Part shown: positions 50,586 through 59,900 of the stretch, in pieces
How the letters are laid out: each line of letters begins with the position of its first letter
Numbering within the stretch: position 1 is the first letter of the stretch
NCBI GenBank assembly: GCA_026985095.1
Contig: JALSQW010000056.1
Span: 7,144-71,143 of the forward strand
Reading direction: 5' to 3'
Source: Acidimicrobiia bacterium
Lineage (GTDB): Bacteria > Actinomycetota > Acidimicrobiia > Spongiisociales > UBA5794
DNA: 64,000 nt
The notes under the pieces: generated by a model
What the model saw: the letters and a program-made list of their open reading frames with translations, nothing else
What the model was told of the DNA's origin: nothing
Databases searched by the model: none
Made by a program: the position numbers and the translations under genes

Positions 50586-51820
50586 TCGTCCTCCGGGATC
50601 TTCCCTGCCATCGACATGAGCGCCGGCAGCGGGAGCTCCTTGCCGGGGAGCAGCAGGTTCCAGTACATCCAGCGGAACAGCAACTTGCCCCAGTGGTTCA
50701 TCTCGGTCTCGCCGAGCAGCGTGAACGGCCCGATGCCCGGCAGCGGGTACTTGCCCGGGAGCGGCTCGGTGTCGTAGTTGAAGTCGATCAACAGTCCCTT
50801 GCCGTGGCCGGACTCGATGAAGCAGTTCGAATGCCCGTCGAAGCGCTCCAGCATGGGGAGCCCCTCGATGTGGCGGAGGAAGTTCGGCACGAAGATGTCG
50901 ACCGCGAAGTGCGCCACGGATCCCGCCTTCGAGGTCGGGATGTTCGCCGCGTCGCCGAGGACGAACAGGTTGTCGTGGTCCTTGTGGATGAAGGTTCCCT
51001 TGTCGACCGGGATGTGGTTCAGCTCGTCACCCAGGCCGGACTTGGCGACGAAGTCGGCGCCCATGTTGAGCGGCACGGTGACGACCAGGTCGTACGGGAC
51101 CTCCCGCTCGTCGTAGGAGACGAGGGCGTTCTTGTCGGTGTCGATCCGCTCGATGTAGAAGTCCGACTCGAGGTGGATCTTCCGTTCGTCGAACATGTTG
51201 CCGAGATGGGCCGACGCCACCGGCTTGGTGAAGGCGCCCGACATCGGTGTCACGTAGGTGATCTCGACCTGGTCGCGCATGCCGAGTTCGGTGAAGTAGG
51301 CGTCGGCCAGGAACGTGAACTCGAGCGGGGCGACGGGGCACTTGAAGGGCATGTCCACCATGTGGACGACGAGCTTGCCGCCTTCGAATCCCTTCAACGC
51401 CTCCCGCAGCGCCAAGGCGCCCTCGAACGTGTAGAACGTGTGGATGGACCTGCCGAACTCGGGCCCGTCCATCCCCGGCGTCTCCTCGGGACGCGGATGC
51501 GTTCCGGTCGCGATCACGAGTTCGTCGTAGGTGAGCTGCGTTCCGTCACCGAGGAGCACCGTGTTGGCGTCCGCGTCGACCGAATCGATCGTCTGCTCGA
51601 TGAACTCGACGCCGGCGGGGATGAAGCGCTTCTTGGGTTTCTTGACGTCCTGCGGCTCGTACTCGCCGAAGGGCAGGAACAGGAAGCCGGGCTGGTAGAA
51701 GTGCGTCGGCTCCTGATCGACGATCACGATCTCCCACTCGTTGCGGTCGAGCCGCGGCCGTAGCTTGTTGACGACCATCGTGCCGGCGGTGCCTGCACCG
51801 AGGACCACCAATCGTTTCAC
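50582..51820 (-). CDS. sqr: Sulfide:quinone oxidoreductase (type III-like)
   Basis: 'VVLGAGTAG', 'YQPGFLF', 'KCPVAPLE', 'SKAGSVAH', 'CFIESG'; AAGGAG RBS and GTG start. Confidence 0.88.
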   Translation of the reverse strand: MKRLVVLGAGTAGTMVVNKLRPRLDRNEWEIVIVDQEPTHFYQPGFLFLPFGEYEPQDVKKPKKRFIPAGVEFIEQTIDSVDADANTVLLGDGTQLTYDELVIATGTHPRPEETPGMDGPEFGRSIHTFYTFEGALALREALKGFEGGKLVVHMVDMPFKCPVAPLEFTFLADAYFTELGMRDQVEITYVTPMSGAFTKPVASAHLGNMFDERKIHLESDFYIERIDTDKNALVSYDEREVPYDLVVTVPLNMGADFVAKSGLGDELNHIPVDKGTFIHKDHDNLFVLGDAANIPTSKAGSVAHFAVDIFVPNFLRHIEGLPMLERFDGHSNCFIESGHGKGLLIDFNYDTEPLPGKYPLPGIGPFTLLGETEMNHWGKLLFRWMYWNLLLPGKELPLPALMSMAGKIPEDE

Positions 51821-52602
51821 TGTGCTCTCCTTCGTTCGTGGACCGTCGGAGCGGTCCGTTCGGCGCCCGACTGGCGCTTGGCGGCGAGCCGGGAAAGGTG
51901 TACGGCGAGGCGGGACAAGCCATCGAGGGCGCGGCGTCGGTCCTCCTCGGTGAGGTGATAGATCCGGTCGACGGCGGCATCCAAGGTGGCGACGTCGGCA
52001 CCGACCTCGGCGGCGATGCCCTCGAGGACGCGGGCGGGAGGCGGCCAATCGGCGGGGGCGACGCATCCGGCGATCACCATGCCCTCGAGTCGGTTCCCGA
52101 CCCGGATGAACGCCCTGGCGCAGAGGAACCCGAGATGCCCGAGGTTGAAGGTCGGTTCGAAGTCGTAGTGGCCGCCGAGGGCCTTCCACTCCGCGACGCA
52201 CCGCTCCACCGTGCGAGGCGCCTCGGCGATGGCCCGGAAGTACCCGCAGGGGTGCGACGGCGTCGTGATCGGCCGTCCTTCCATGTCGGTCACGACCGCC
52301 ATGACCCCCATCAGCTCCGCGTACAGGTCGGTCAGATGCTGCGCCTCGGCGGTGAACAAGGCGTCGAAGTCGGATTCGGCGGCTCCGTTGCGTCGGCGCC
52401 GCAGCCAGCGTTCGATCTCGTCGGCGGGGAACCGCCATTGCCTCCCGACCTTGATCGCCGGAAGACGCCCCGCCTCGGCCATCCGGTAGATCGTGGATTT
52501 GTCGACACGGATCAGTTCCTGAACGTCCCGGGTGGTGAGGAACGACCCGGCCGGGCGGGCCGGAGCGGCGTCAGGGTGCATCTGCTGCGTCGAGGCGGTC
52601 AT
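51817..52602 (-). CDS. Regulator with an N-terminal excisionase-like HTH and a PocR-like sensor domain
   Basis: 'LTTRDVQELIRVDKSTIYRM..GRLPAIKVGRQWRF'; 'TDMEGRPIT..PCGYF..RC..HLGF..AFIRVG'. Confidence 0.8.
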   Translation of the reverse strand: MTASTQQMHPDAAPARPAGSFLTTRDVQELIRVDKSTIYRMAEAGRLPAIKVGRQWRFPADEIERWLRRRRNGAAESDFDALFTAEAQHLTDLYAELMGVMAVVTDMEGRPITTPSHPCGYFRAIAEAPRTVERCVAEWKALGGHYDFEPTFNLGHLGFLCARAFIRVGNRLEGMVIAGCVAPADWPPPARVLEGIAAEVGADVATLDAAVDRIYHLTEEDRRRALDGLSRLAVHLSRLAAKRQSGAERTAPTVHERRRAQ

Positions 52603-52630
52603 CTGTGCATCTCCTGCATCTCTTGCAGGT
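52598..52630 (-). promoter_or_regulatory. Phased TGCATCT direct repeats, candidate operator
   Basis: TGCATCT at 52606 and 52615, TGCAGGT at 52624 (9-bp period), GTCATCT at 52598. Confidence 0.5.
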
Positions 52631-52682
52631 TATGGCGGACTCTGCACCCCCGATAGGGCCGTTCGGCCCGTTCCGACGCTGA

Positions 52683-53051
52683 TCAGGCGCCGTCGTCGAG
52701 CAGACGGGCGATCCCGCCGCCGACCGACCCCAGGATCGCCGCGATGAGCCCGAGGATGATCAGCTCGATGGTCGTGGGACCCGCCGTGGCGGCGATCGAG
52801 ACGATGCCGATGACCAGGAACATGGCGATCCCGGCCAGACCGCCATGAGCCATGGGGGCCCGATGGCCGAAGCGACCGGCGACGAACCCGCCGACGACCA
52901 AGGCGCCGAACTGCACGAGGATCAACGGGATCGGGTTGCTCGTCGGCCCCGTCACCCCGACCACCCCGAGGACGACGAACGCCACGATCCCGACGAACAG
53001 GCCGGTCATCGCCCCGAGGGCGACCGCTCCCCAGTTGGCGGCTCTCAGCAT
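52683..53051 (-). CDS. Small 4-TM membrane protein
   Basis: 122 aa, Gly-rich hydrophobic; 'GGFVAGR..HG'. Confidence 0.7.
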   Translation of the reverse strand: MLRAANWGAVALGAMTGLFVGIVAFVVLGVVGVTGPTSNPIPLILVQFGALVVGGFVAGRFGHRAPMAHGGLAGIAMFLVIGIVSIAATAGPTTIELIILGLIAAILGSVGGGIARLLDDGA

Positions 53052-53076
53052 GGGCTCCGGTCGCCGGGACCCGGCG

Positions 53077-53520
53077 TCACGATGACGCCGAGAGGTGCTC
53101 TTCGAGGCCGGCGATCCATCCGGCGGGGAGTTCCCAATGCCGGGAACCGGCGAGCATGATCCCCACATACCGACTCGACGGCGGATGCGTGGCGGCCTCC
53201 CCGTCGTACACATGGGTCACCACCTCGTGGCGGCGACCCATGCGGTCCATGGCCTCGACGACCCGCGGGACGCGCTGTTCGGCCCTCTCGGCCTCGTGGA
53301 GGCCGTCGATCTCACCGTCGGGAACGTCGAAGACGGCTCCCCACACCGTGTGGCCCTCGGCGTCGATGACCGTCGGCAAGCCGCCGCTCCATCCGTTGCC
53401 TCGGATCGGGAACGAGATCCCCCGGTCGGGGAGGTGCGCGATGAACTGGAAGACCGCTCCGGGCGCGGCCTCGGCCATCTTGGCGGGCGCGATCCGAGCG
53501 GTGTAGGCGAAGTACAGCAG
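53077..53520 (-). CDS. Gamma-glutamylcyclotransferase (AIG2-like) family protein, probable CTG start
   Basis: 'LYFAYT', 'VWGAVF', 'PSSRYV'; the N-terminal motif lies upstream of the first ATG (53478). Confidence 0.75.
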   Translation of the reverse strand: MLYFAYTARIAPAKMAEAAPGAVFQFIAHLPDRGISFPIRGNGWSGGLPTVIDAEGHTVWGAVFDVPDGEIDGLHEAERAEQRVPRVVEAMDRMGRRHEVVTHVYDGEAATHPPSSRYVGIMLAGSRHWELPAGWIAGLEEHLSASS

Positions 53521-53643
53521 AGCCGCCTCCCTCCTGATTCAAGGTTCCGGGAACAGCGGTCGATGAGTGTAGCGAGGACCGCGGCGGGAACCCAGCGGCG
53601 CCAGGGAACGTCATATAGGAGAACAACGACCGTGGAGTGGGCG

Positions 53644-53919
53644 ATGAACGCGATGGACGACACCCTCGAGATGGAGATCCTGGCCGCGCCGATCCTCGAG
53701 GAGCGCCCTTGGGCCGTCTTCTCGGCATGCCGGGACGCCGACCCGGACATCTTCTTCGGCGCCACCAAGGAGGAGACGAAGCAGGCCTTGGCGCTGTGCG
53801 GCGTGTGCCCGGTGCGCTCGGACTGTCTGGAACACGCCCTCGAAGCCCGCGAGCGCTTCGGGATCTGGGGTGGCACCACCGAATCGGAGCGTCGCAAGAT
53901 CCTGCGTCGGATCGCCTAG
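53644..53919 (+). CDS. whiB: WhiB family transcriptional regulator
   Basis: Four Cys ('AC', 'CGVCPVRSDC') and 'GIWGGTTESER'; subfamily not assigned. Confidence 0.95.
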   Translation: MNAMDDTLEMEILAAPILEERPWAVFSACRDADPDIFFGATKEETKQALALCGVCPVRSDCLEHALEARERFGIWGGTTESERRKILRRIA

Positions 53920-56297
53920 AGCGACCGTTCCCTGACCACCTCGGCGACATCGATCTCGCCGACGGACCGGATCCCCGGCCACAGCGACAACGCCGCCACG
54001 ACGAACATCGCGGCGGCAGCGAACACCGGCGTCGTCGGCCGCATGCGCAGATCGAACGAGAACAGGTCGCTCGAGTACTGCCCCATGAACCACACCGCGA
54101 CCCCGTAGCCCACGATCAGCCCCGGGACGATCCCGAGCGCGGTCAGGAGCAGGTTCTCTCCCGTGATGAGCCTGGCCACCTCCCGCCGCGACAGCCCGTT
54201 GGCCCGCATCGTGGCGTACTCGGAGGCGCGTTCGACGACGTTGACCGAGATGGTCGAGAAGATCAAGGCGAACGCCATCGCTCCGCCGAAGAACAGCATC
54301 GCACCGACGAACGCCCAGAAGAGCCCCATGAAGCGTTGGATGAGGGAGAACAGGGCCTTGCTGTCGATGGCGGTGACCACACCATCGAGGGAGCGGATGA
54401 CGCCGAGGACCGCGTCCCGATCGACGCCGGGTTCGAACCGGGTCGCGACCGAGCTGATCGACGGGTCGGCCAGGGTGGTCTCGTCGACGGCCGGATCCGA
54501 CGCCGCCAACGCGGCGACGAGGGCGTCGCGGCGCATGTAGGCGAACGTCCCCATCGGTTCGTCGACCAGCGCCACGATCTCCGTCTCGAAACCCGTCCCC
54601 AGCGAGGGGAACGACACCCGGACCGGATCGCCCACCTCGACGTCGGTCTGGTGTTGGATGCCCTTGCCGACGACGATGCCGCGAGCGGGAAGCCCCCCTG
54701 CGGGGATGTCGAACCCATGCACCACCGTGTCGGCGACGAACGCCCGGAGCTGAGTCGCGTAGTCACCTCCGTCGCTCCGCAGCGACGCATCGAGAACGAC
54801 GACCGGCTCGGCGGCGGCGACGCCGTCGACCGCAGCGATCGTTGTGACGTCGACGCGGGTCACCCGATGATCGAACACGACGGTCGCATCGGAGAGATCG
54901 ACCTGCTCGAACTGCCGGTCGAGGAGGAGCTGGACCGTGTCGATCATGCCCCACGACGGCAGGATCAGGACCAGACCGAGGATCACCCCGAGGATGGTCG
55001 AGACGGACCGCCGTAGGCTGCGGCGGACACCACGCAGCACCATCCGCCATCGGATGGGCCAGCGCCGGGCGGGTGGGAAGACCCGTTCGACGATGCTCGG
55101 GTGACCATCCGCGGTCGGGACGTCCCCGCGGATCGCCACCGCGGGTGCCAGGCGCAGGACCAGTCGAGCCGGAACGAACGCGCCGACGAGACCGGTGGCG
55201 ACGCCGAACACCATCCCCACCAGCGGGGTGATCGGATGGAACTCGCGGACGGTGTCGGGGATGCCGAGCGAAGCCGTGTACACGCCGGTGGTCGCCCATC
55301 CTCCCGTCATCCCCAGCACCGTGCCGACGGCGGCGCCGAGGGTGCCGACCAGCACGCCGTACGACAGGTAGTGCAGGGACAGGGTCATCCGGCGCATGCC
55401 ATTGGCACGGAGGGTGCCGATCTGGCCTCGTTGTTCGTAGACCAGTCGGGTGAGGAGCACGAACGCCGCCATCCCCGCCGCGATCATGAACAGGAGCGGG
55501 AACAGGACCGAGAGTTGCTGGAACCCCTCGACGTCGAGCTGCAGGGTCTCGTTGGACGGATGCTGTGCCCGCGGGATCACCGATTCGGCTCCGTAGTCGG
55601 CGGCCAGGGAACGGACCCGGTCGTCCATGGTCGCGGCGTCGGTGCCCTCCGCGTAGGTGATGAGCGTCTGGCGGTGGACGGCGACGGGAGGAAGGGGATC
55701 GAGGACGCGCTCGTCGACGAACGCGACCGCGAACGTGCCGGGAGCCGGGAAGAGGTCCTGCCGGCTCCTCGCGGGCCAGATGTACTCGGGTGAGACGACC
55801 ACGCCGACCACCTCGACCGGCCGCCACGCCGACCCGTCGAACACGTCGAAGGCATCGCCCACGACCAGGTCGAACTCGGTCGCGGCGTGGGTCTCGATCA
55901 GCACCCCATCCGGGCGGCTCGGATCGAGGTAGGTCCCGTCGACGACGTCGACCTGGTCGACGGCGGGTTGATCGTCGGGAGGCATCCCGACGAGGCGACC
56001 GACGAACGTGGCGTCGCCGATCCGGAAGGGAGCATCGACCTGGCGGCGGTGGACGGCGGCCGAGACGCCATCGAGGGCCACGACGGCCTCGGCGAAGCCG
56101 TCTCGGGCGCCGGTCACGGTGATGTCGGCGAAGGCGAGACGGTCGTAGGTGCCGTTGTACGAGGACGACAGGTTCCGGTACGCGTCGTACGACGTCGCGT
56201 AGGCGAAGACGCCCAGGAGGATCGTCACGAACACGGCCAGGAACTGCCAGCGTTGACGCCGCAGGTCCCGGCGGCGCTTGACCGCCAGCAGGCTCAC
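53916..56297 (-). CDS. FtsX-like ABC transporter permease (duplicated)
   Basis: 793 aa; 'EQRGQIGTLRANG' and 'ERASEYATMRANG'. Confidence 0.9.
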   Translation of the reverse strand: MSLLAVKRRRDLRRQRWQFLAVFVTILLGVFAYATSYDAYRNLSSSYNGTYDRLAFADITVTGARDGFAEAVVALDGVSAAVHRRQVDAPFRIGDATFVGRLVGMPPDDQPAVDQVDVVDGTYLDPSRPDGVLIETHAATEFDLVVGDAFDVFDGSAWRPVEVVGVVVSPEYIWPARSRQDLFPAPGTFAVAFVDERVLDPLPPVAVHRQTLITYAEGTDAATMDDRVRSLAADYGAESVIPRAQHPSNETLQLDVEGFQQLSVLFPLLFMIAAGMAAFVLLTRLVYEQRGQIGTLRANGMRRMTLSLHYLSYGVLVGTLGAAVGTVLGMTGGWATTGVYTASLGIPDTVREFHPITPLVGMVFGVATGLVGAFVPARLVLRLAPAVAIRGDVPTADGHPSIVERVFPPARRWPIRWRMVLRGVRRSLRRSVSTILGVILGLVLILPSWGMIDTVQLLLDRQFEQVDLSDATVVFDHRVTRVDVTTIAAVDGVAAAEPVVVLDASLRSDGGDYATQLRAFVADTVVHGFDIPAGGLPARGIVVGKGIQHQTDVEVGDPVRVSFPSLGTGFETEIVALVDEPMGTFAYMRRDALVAALAASDPAVDETTLADPSISSVATRFEPGVDRDAVLGVIRSLDGVVTAIDSKALFSLIQRFMGLFWAFVGAMLFFGGAMAFALIFSTISVNVVERASEYATMRANGLSRREVARLITGENLLLTALGIVPGLIVGYGVAVWFMGQYSSDLFSFDLRMRPTTPVFAAAAMFVVAALSLWPGIRSVGEIDVAEVVRERSL

Positions 56298-57010
56298 CAG
56301 TCGAGCTCCGTCGGGTCCGCAGGAGTCGGGTTCTCGTCCACGGAGACGATCTCGCCGTCACGGAGCCTGAAGACCCGATGTGCCATCCGAGCGATCGTCG
56401 AATTGTGGGTGACTACCAGGACGCTTCGGTCGTCCTCGGTCGTCCGCCTCAGCAGCTCGAGAATCTTGACGCCGGTTTCGACGTCCAGGGCCCCGGTCGG
56501 CTCGTCACATAGCAGCAGCGGCGGGTCCTTCACGAGGCCGCGAGCGATCGACACCCGCTGCTGCTCTCCGCCGGAGAGCTGCCCGGGGAAGTGCCCGAGT
56601 CGATCGCCGAGACCGACGGCGTCGAGGACCTTGCGACTCGTCGCCTCGGCGTCCTCGTCGAGGAGCTCGGCGATCAACGCCACGTTCTCGAGCGCCGTCA
56701 AAGACGGCACCAGGTTGTAGAACTGGAAGACGAAGCCCACCGAGTGGAGGCGATAGTCGGTGCGTCGATCCTCGTCGAGCTCGGTCAGCTCCGTTCCGTC
56801 GGCGATGATCGTGCCCGAGGTCGGTGCTTCGAGAGCTCCGATGAGGTTCAACAGCGTGGTCTTGCCCGAGCCGCTCGGCCCCAGGACGACCACGAACTCG
56901 CCCTGCGGGATCTCGAACGTCACCCCACGCAGCGCATGGACGGCGGTCTCCCCGGTCCCGTAGGTCTTCGTCAGGTTCTCTGCCCTGACCGCGGTCGGAT
57001 TCGACACCAT
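56294..57010 (-). CDS. ABC transporter ATP-binding protein (LolD/MacB-like)
   Basis: 'GPSGSGKTT', 'GFVFQFYNL', 'LSGGEQQR', 'DEPTGALD'. Confidence 0.95.
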   Translation of the reverse strand: MVSNPTAVRAENLTKTYGTGETAVHALRGVTFEIPQGEFVVVLGPSGSGKTTLLNLIGALEAPTSGTIIADGTELTELDEDRRTDYRLHSVGFVFQFYNLVPSLTALENVALIAELLDEDAEATSRKVLDAVGLGDRLGHFPGQLSGGEQQRVSIARGLVKDPPLLLCDEPTGALDVETGVKILELLRRTTEDDRSVLVVTHNSTIARMAHRVFRLRDGEIVSVDENPTPADPTELDW

Positions 57011-57063
57011 CGCTCGTCCCTTCCGGCGGCTGCCGACCCATGCTATCGACCTGATCTCGCCGC

Positions 57064-58767
57064 TCAGCCACCGGGATCGCCGTTGGAGCGGTCGACCGTG
57101 TGGGCGGCCAGGCGCCACAGGAAGGTCCGGGGCGCTCCGACGTCGAGGTCGTCGACGGCGACGATCACCGCGCCGTGCCCGGAGGTCGCCGACGTCGGTA
57201 CGCCAGGGGAGAGCTCGGTGACGGTGGCCGTGTCCGAGGAGATCGTCACCGCCAGGTTCGTCGAGGAAGGGTCGCTCCGAAGGATGTCGAGGAGGGCGTC
57301 CAAGGCGCGGAAGGAGATCGTGACCGACCTCGACGGATCGTCCGGATCCGTGAGGGAGATCGAGGCTCGGTCGAGATCGGCGGCATCGGGCAGGAGATCC
57401 CCGTACGCTCGGGGCCGGAAGGAGCTGCCATCGGGCGGGGTGACCACCAGCGCATCGCCGTCGAGGGCGACGACCGTCCCGTTGTCGGTCGCGATCGCGG
57501 CCGAAGGAGGCGGGAGCTCATCGGGGATCGTCGACAACACGACGGCGATGGTGTCCGCGGTGAGTGTCGAGGCCTGAGGGAACCAGCTCGGCGAGGGGAC
57601 GTCCATCTCGGCGATGGGAACCCACTCGTCGCCAGGGAAGCCGCGTTCGATGCGCGCTCGACCGTCGCCGACGTCGGACATCCGCAGGATGGAGCCGTCC
57701 TCGAGCAGCAGCGGGCTCGATGGGAGGAGGGACCGCTCCCACGATTCGGCGTCCAGCGAGGTGGCGACGATCGGCGAGGTTTCTCCGTCCCCGGCGGCGA
57801 CGAGCATCGGCTCGCCGGTGGCCGGGTCGATGCGCTCGGCGAACTGCAGGTTCCAGCGGGGGAGCCGGTCGGCGTCGAGGATCCGGTCGCCGACGAACAG
57901 GGTGCGCCGGACCGTCTCGACGGTCACCATCCCGGGGAGCCGTCGCGGGTCGATGCCCAGGGACGACGGTTCGAAGCGGGCGATGGTCCCCACGAGGGGG
58001 TAGCCGATCGCGATGTCGTCGCCCACGAGGTCGATCCAGGCGAGAGGATGATCGATGAGGAACCTCCGGGCCGGCTCCGGAAGGCGTGGGTACGCGAGCG
58101 CGGCGACCGACGGGACCGTCGCGGTGGCCACCACGAGCTCCCCTCGAAAGGACCCGACGCCGCTCACTCGTCGCACCTCGTCGTCTCCCAGGCCGCCGCG
58201 GGGGAGCGGCGACATCGACCAGGTGCCTCCGTCGGCGGCCCAGACCTCGATGGTCTCTTGGATCGTGCCAGGGGACCGCCTGGCGACCAGCACCCATGCT
58301 CTCTCGCCGGTGGTGACCAAGCCGACGACCCGGCCGGGACCGTCGCCGAGGACCGTCGGGTCGGACCATCTCAGGCCGTCGGTCGAGGTCCGGACGGTCA
58401 CCTCGCCACTGCCCGGGACCGGGGGCGCCGGTGCGGCGAGGATGAAGCCCTGATCGGAGCGCGCCACCACCCCCGCAGGTGCATCGATGACGGCCGCACG
58501 CGTCCACGGGGCTGTCGCGTCGGCGACGGGTACCACCTCGGTGGGTGTGGTGCCTCGCGGCCCGGTGGCCGGCTCGGCGATCTCGGTCGAAACGGTCGAA
58601 GCCGCCGGCGTCGGCGGGTCGGATGAGCGCGTGACGACGAGGGCCACCATGGCCAGGACCACGACCGCCCCGGCGACGGCGATCGACCAGCCGGGTGGCC
58701 CGGGCGGTCGCGCCGCATGTTCGGGTGGATGCTCGCGGATGCTCAAGGGGGTCTCCCTGATGGTCAT
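57064..58767 (-). CDS. Membrane-anchored hypothetical protein with BNR-like motifs
   Basis: Single N-terminal TM; 'TSTDGLRW', 'ADGGTW', 'SLDAESW'. Confidence 0.65.
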   Translation of the reverse strand: MTIRETPLSIREHPPEHAARPPGPPGWSIAVAGAVVVLAMVALVVTRSSDPPTPAASTVSTEIAEPATGPRGTTPTEVVPVADATAPWTRAAVIDAPAGVVARSDQGFILAAPAPPVPGSGEVTVRTSTDGLRWSDPTVLGDGPGRVVGLVTTGERAWVLVARRSPGTIQETIEVWAADGGTWSMSPLPRGGLGDDEVRRVSGVGSFRGELVVATATVPSVAALAYPRLPEPARRFLIDHPLAWIDLVGDDIAIGYPLVGTIARFEPSSLGIDPRRLPGMVTVETVRRTLFVGDRILDADRLPRWNLQFAERIDPATGEPMLVAAGDGETSPIVATSLDAESWERSLLPSSPLLLEDGSILRMSDVGDGRARIERGFPGDEWVPIAEMDVPSPSWFPQASTLTADTIAVVLSTIPDELPPPSAAIATDNGTVVALDGDALVVTPPDGSSFRPRAYGDLLPDAADLDRASISLTDPDDPSRSVTISFRALDALLDILRSDPSSTNLAVTISSDTATVTELSPGVPTSATSGHGAVIVAVDDLDVGAPRTFLWRLAAHTVDRSNGDPGG

Positions 58768-58817
58768 CGTATCGGGGCGCCGCGCGTGGTGACGTCGGTC
58801 GTCTACGCTTGCCGGCC

Positions 58818-59873
58818 ATGACGGACTTCGACTGGCCGGGAACCCTGCAGACCCTCGTCGAGCGGGGAGCGATCGACCGCTATCGGGCACGGGCCGCGAT
58901 GGCCGAGATCATGGCCGGACGCGCCACCGAGGCGCAGGTGGCCGCCTTCGTCATCGGTCTCAGGGCCAAGGGAGAGACGGCCGAGGAGATGGCGGGGATG
59001 GTCGACGCCATGATGGAAGCGGCCGTCACCGTCGAGATCCCAGGTCCGGTCGTCGACATCGTCGGGACGGGAGGGGACCGGTCCGGGACGTTCAACATCT
59101 CCACCACGGCGGCGCTCATCGCCGCCGGAGCAGGCGCCAAGGTCGCCAAGCATGGCAACCGAGCCGCGTCGTCGAAGGCCGGCTCGGCCGATCTCGTCGA
59201 AGCCCTGGGGATCTCGCTCGATCTGCCGCCCGAAGCAACCGTCCAGATGATCCAGGAGACCGGCTTCGGCTTCTTCTTCGCTCCCCGATACCACCCGGCG
59301 ATGAGACACGCCGGGCCTGCCCGCGGCTCGATGGGGATCCGCACCGTCTTCAACTTCCTGGGACCGCTGTGCAACCCGGCTCGGGCCCGCAGGATGGCGG
59401 TCGGGACTTCGGATCCCGCCATGGCCGAGCTGATGATCGAGACCCTCGCCGATCGCGGCGCCGAGTACGGGTTCGTGTTCTACGGCGAAGACGGCCTCGA
59501 CGAGCTGACCACCACCGGCCCGTCGTTCATCTACCGTCTCCGCGCCGGGGAGATCACCCACGCCCAGTTCACCCCGGAGGACTTCGGGGTGGCGAGGGCG
59601 TCGCTGGCCGACCTGAAGGGCGGCGATGTGGAGGCGAACGTGGCGATCACCCGGGCCATCCTCGCCGGCGAGCGAGGCCCGAAGCGGGACATCGCCATGG
59701 TCAACGCCGCTCCCGCCATCGTCGTGGCCGGACTGGCCGACGGGTTCGCCGAGGCCATGACCCTGGCCGAGCAGGCGATCGACTCGGGAGACGCCGCCGC
59801 CGCGCTGGAGGCGGCGGTGACGTTGTCCCGGGAGCTCTCCAACCAGGCCGAGCGGGAGGAAACGTCCCGCTAG
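58818..59873 (+). CDS. trpD: Anthranilate phosphoribosyltransferase
   Basis: 'DIVGTGGD', 'FNIST', 'KHGNRAASS', 'YHPAM', 'RTVFNFLGPL', 'DGLDE'. Confidence 0.98.
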   Translation: MTDFDWPGTLQTLVERGAIDRYRARAAMAEIMAGRATEAQVAAFVIGLRAKGETAEEMAGMVDAMMEAAVTVEIPGPVVDIVGTGGDRSGTFNISTTAALIAAGAGAKVAKHGNRAASSKAGSADLVEALGISLDLPPEATVQMIQETGFGFFFAPRYHPAMRHAGPARGSMGIRTVFNFLGPLCNPARARRMAVGTSDPAMAELMIETLADRGAEYGFVFYGEDGLDELTTTGPSFIYRLRAGEITHAQFTPEDFGVARASLADLKGGDVEANVAITRAILAGERGPKRDIAMVNAAPAIVVAGLADGFAEAMTLAEQAIDSGDAAAALEAAVTLSRELSNQAEREETSR

Positions 59874-59900
59874 GCGCGGAGTTCAACTAGCGTGCCGTGG

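Noticed and set aside
51817..52602. Excisionase of a mobile element
   Set aside because: The HTH is fused to a sensor domain and coupled to sqr; no integrase or att site is visible.
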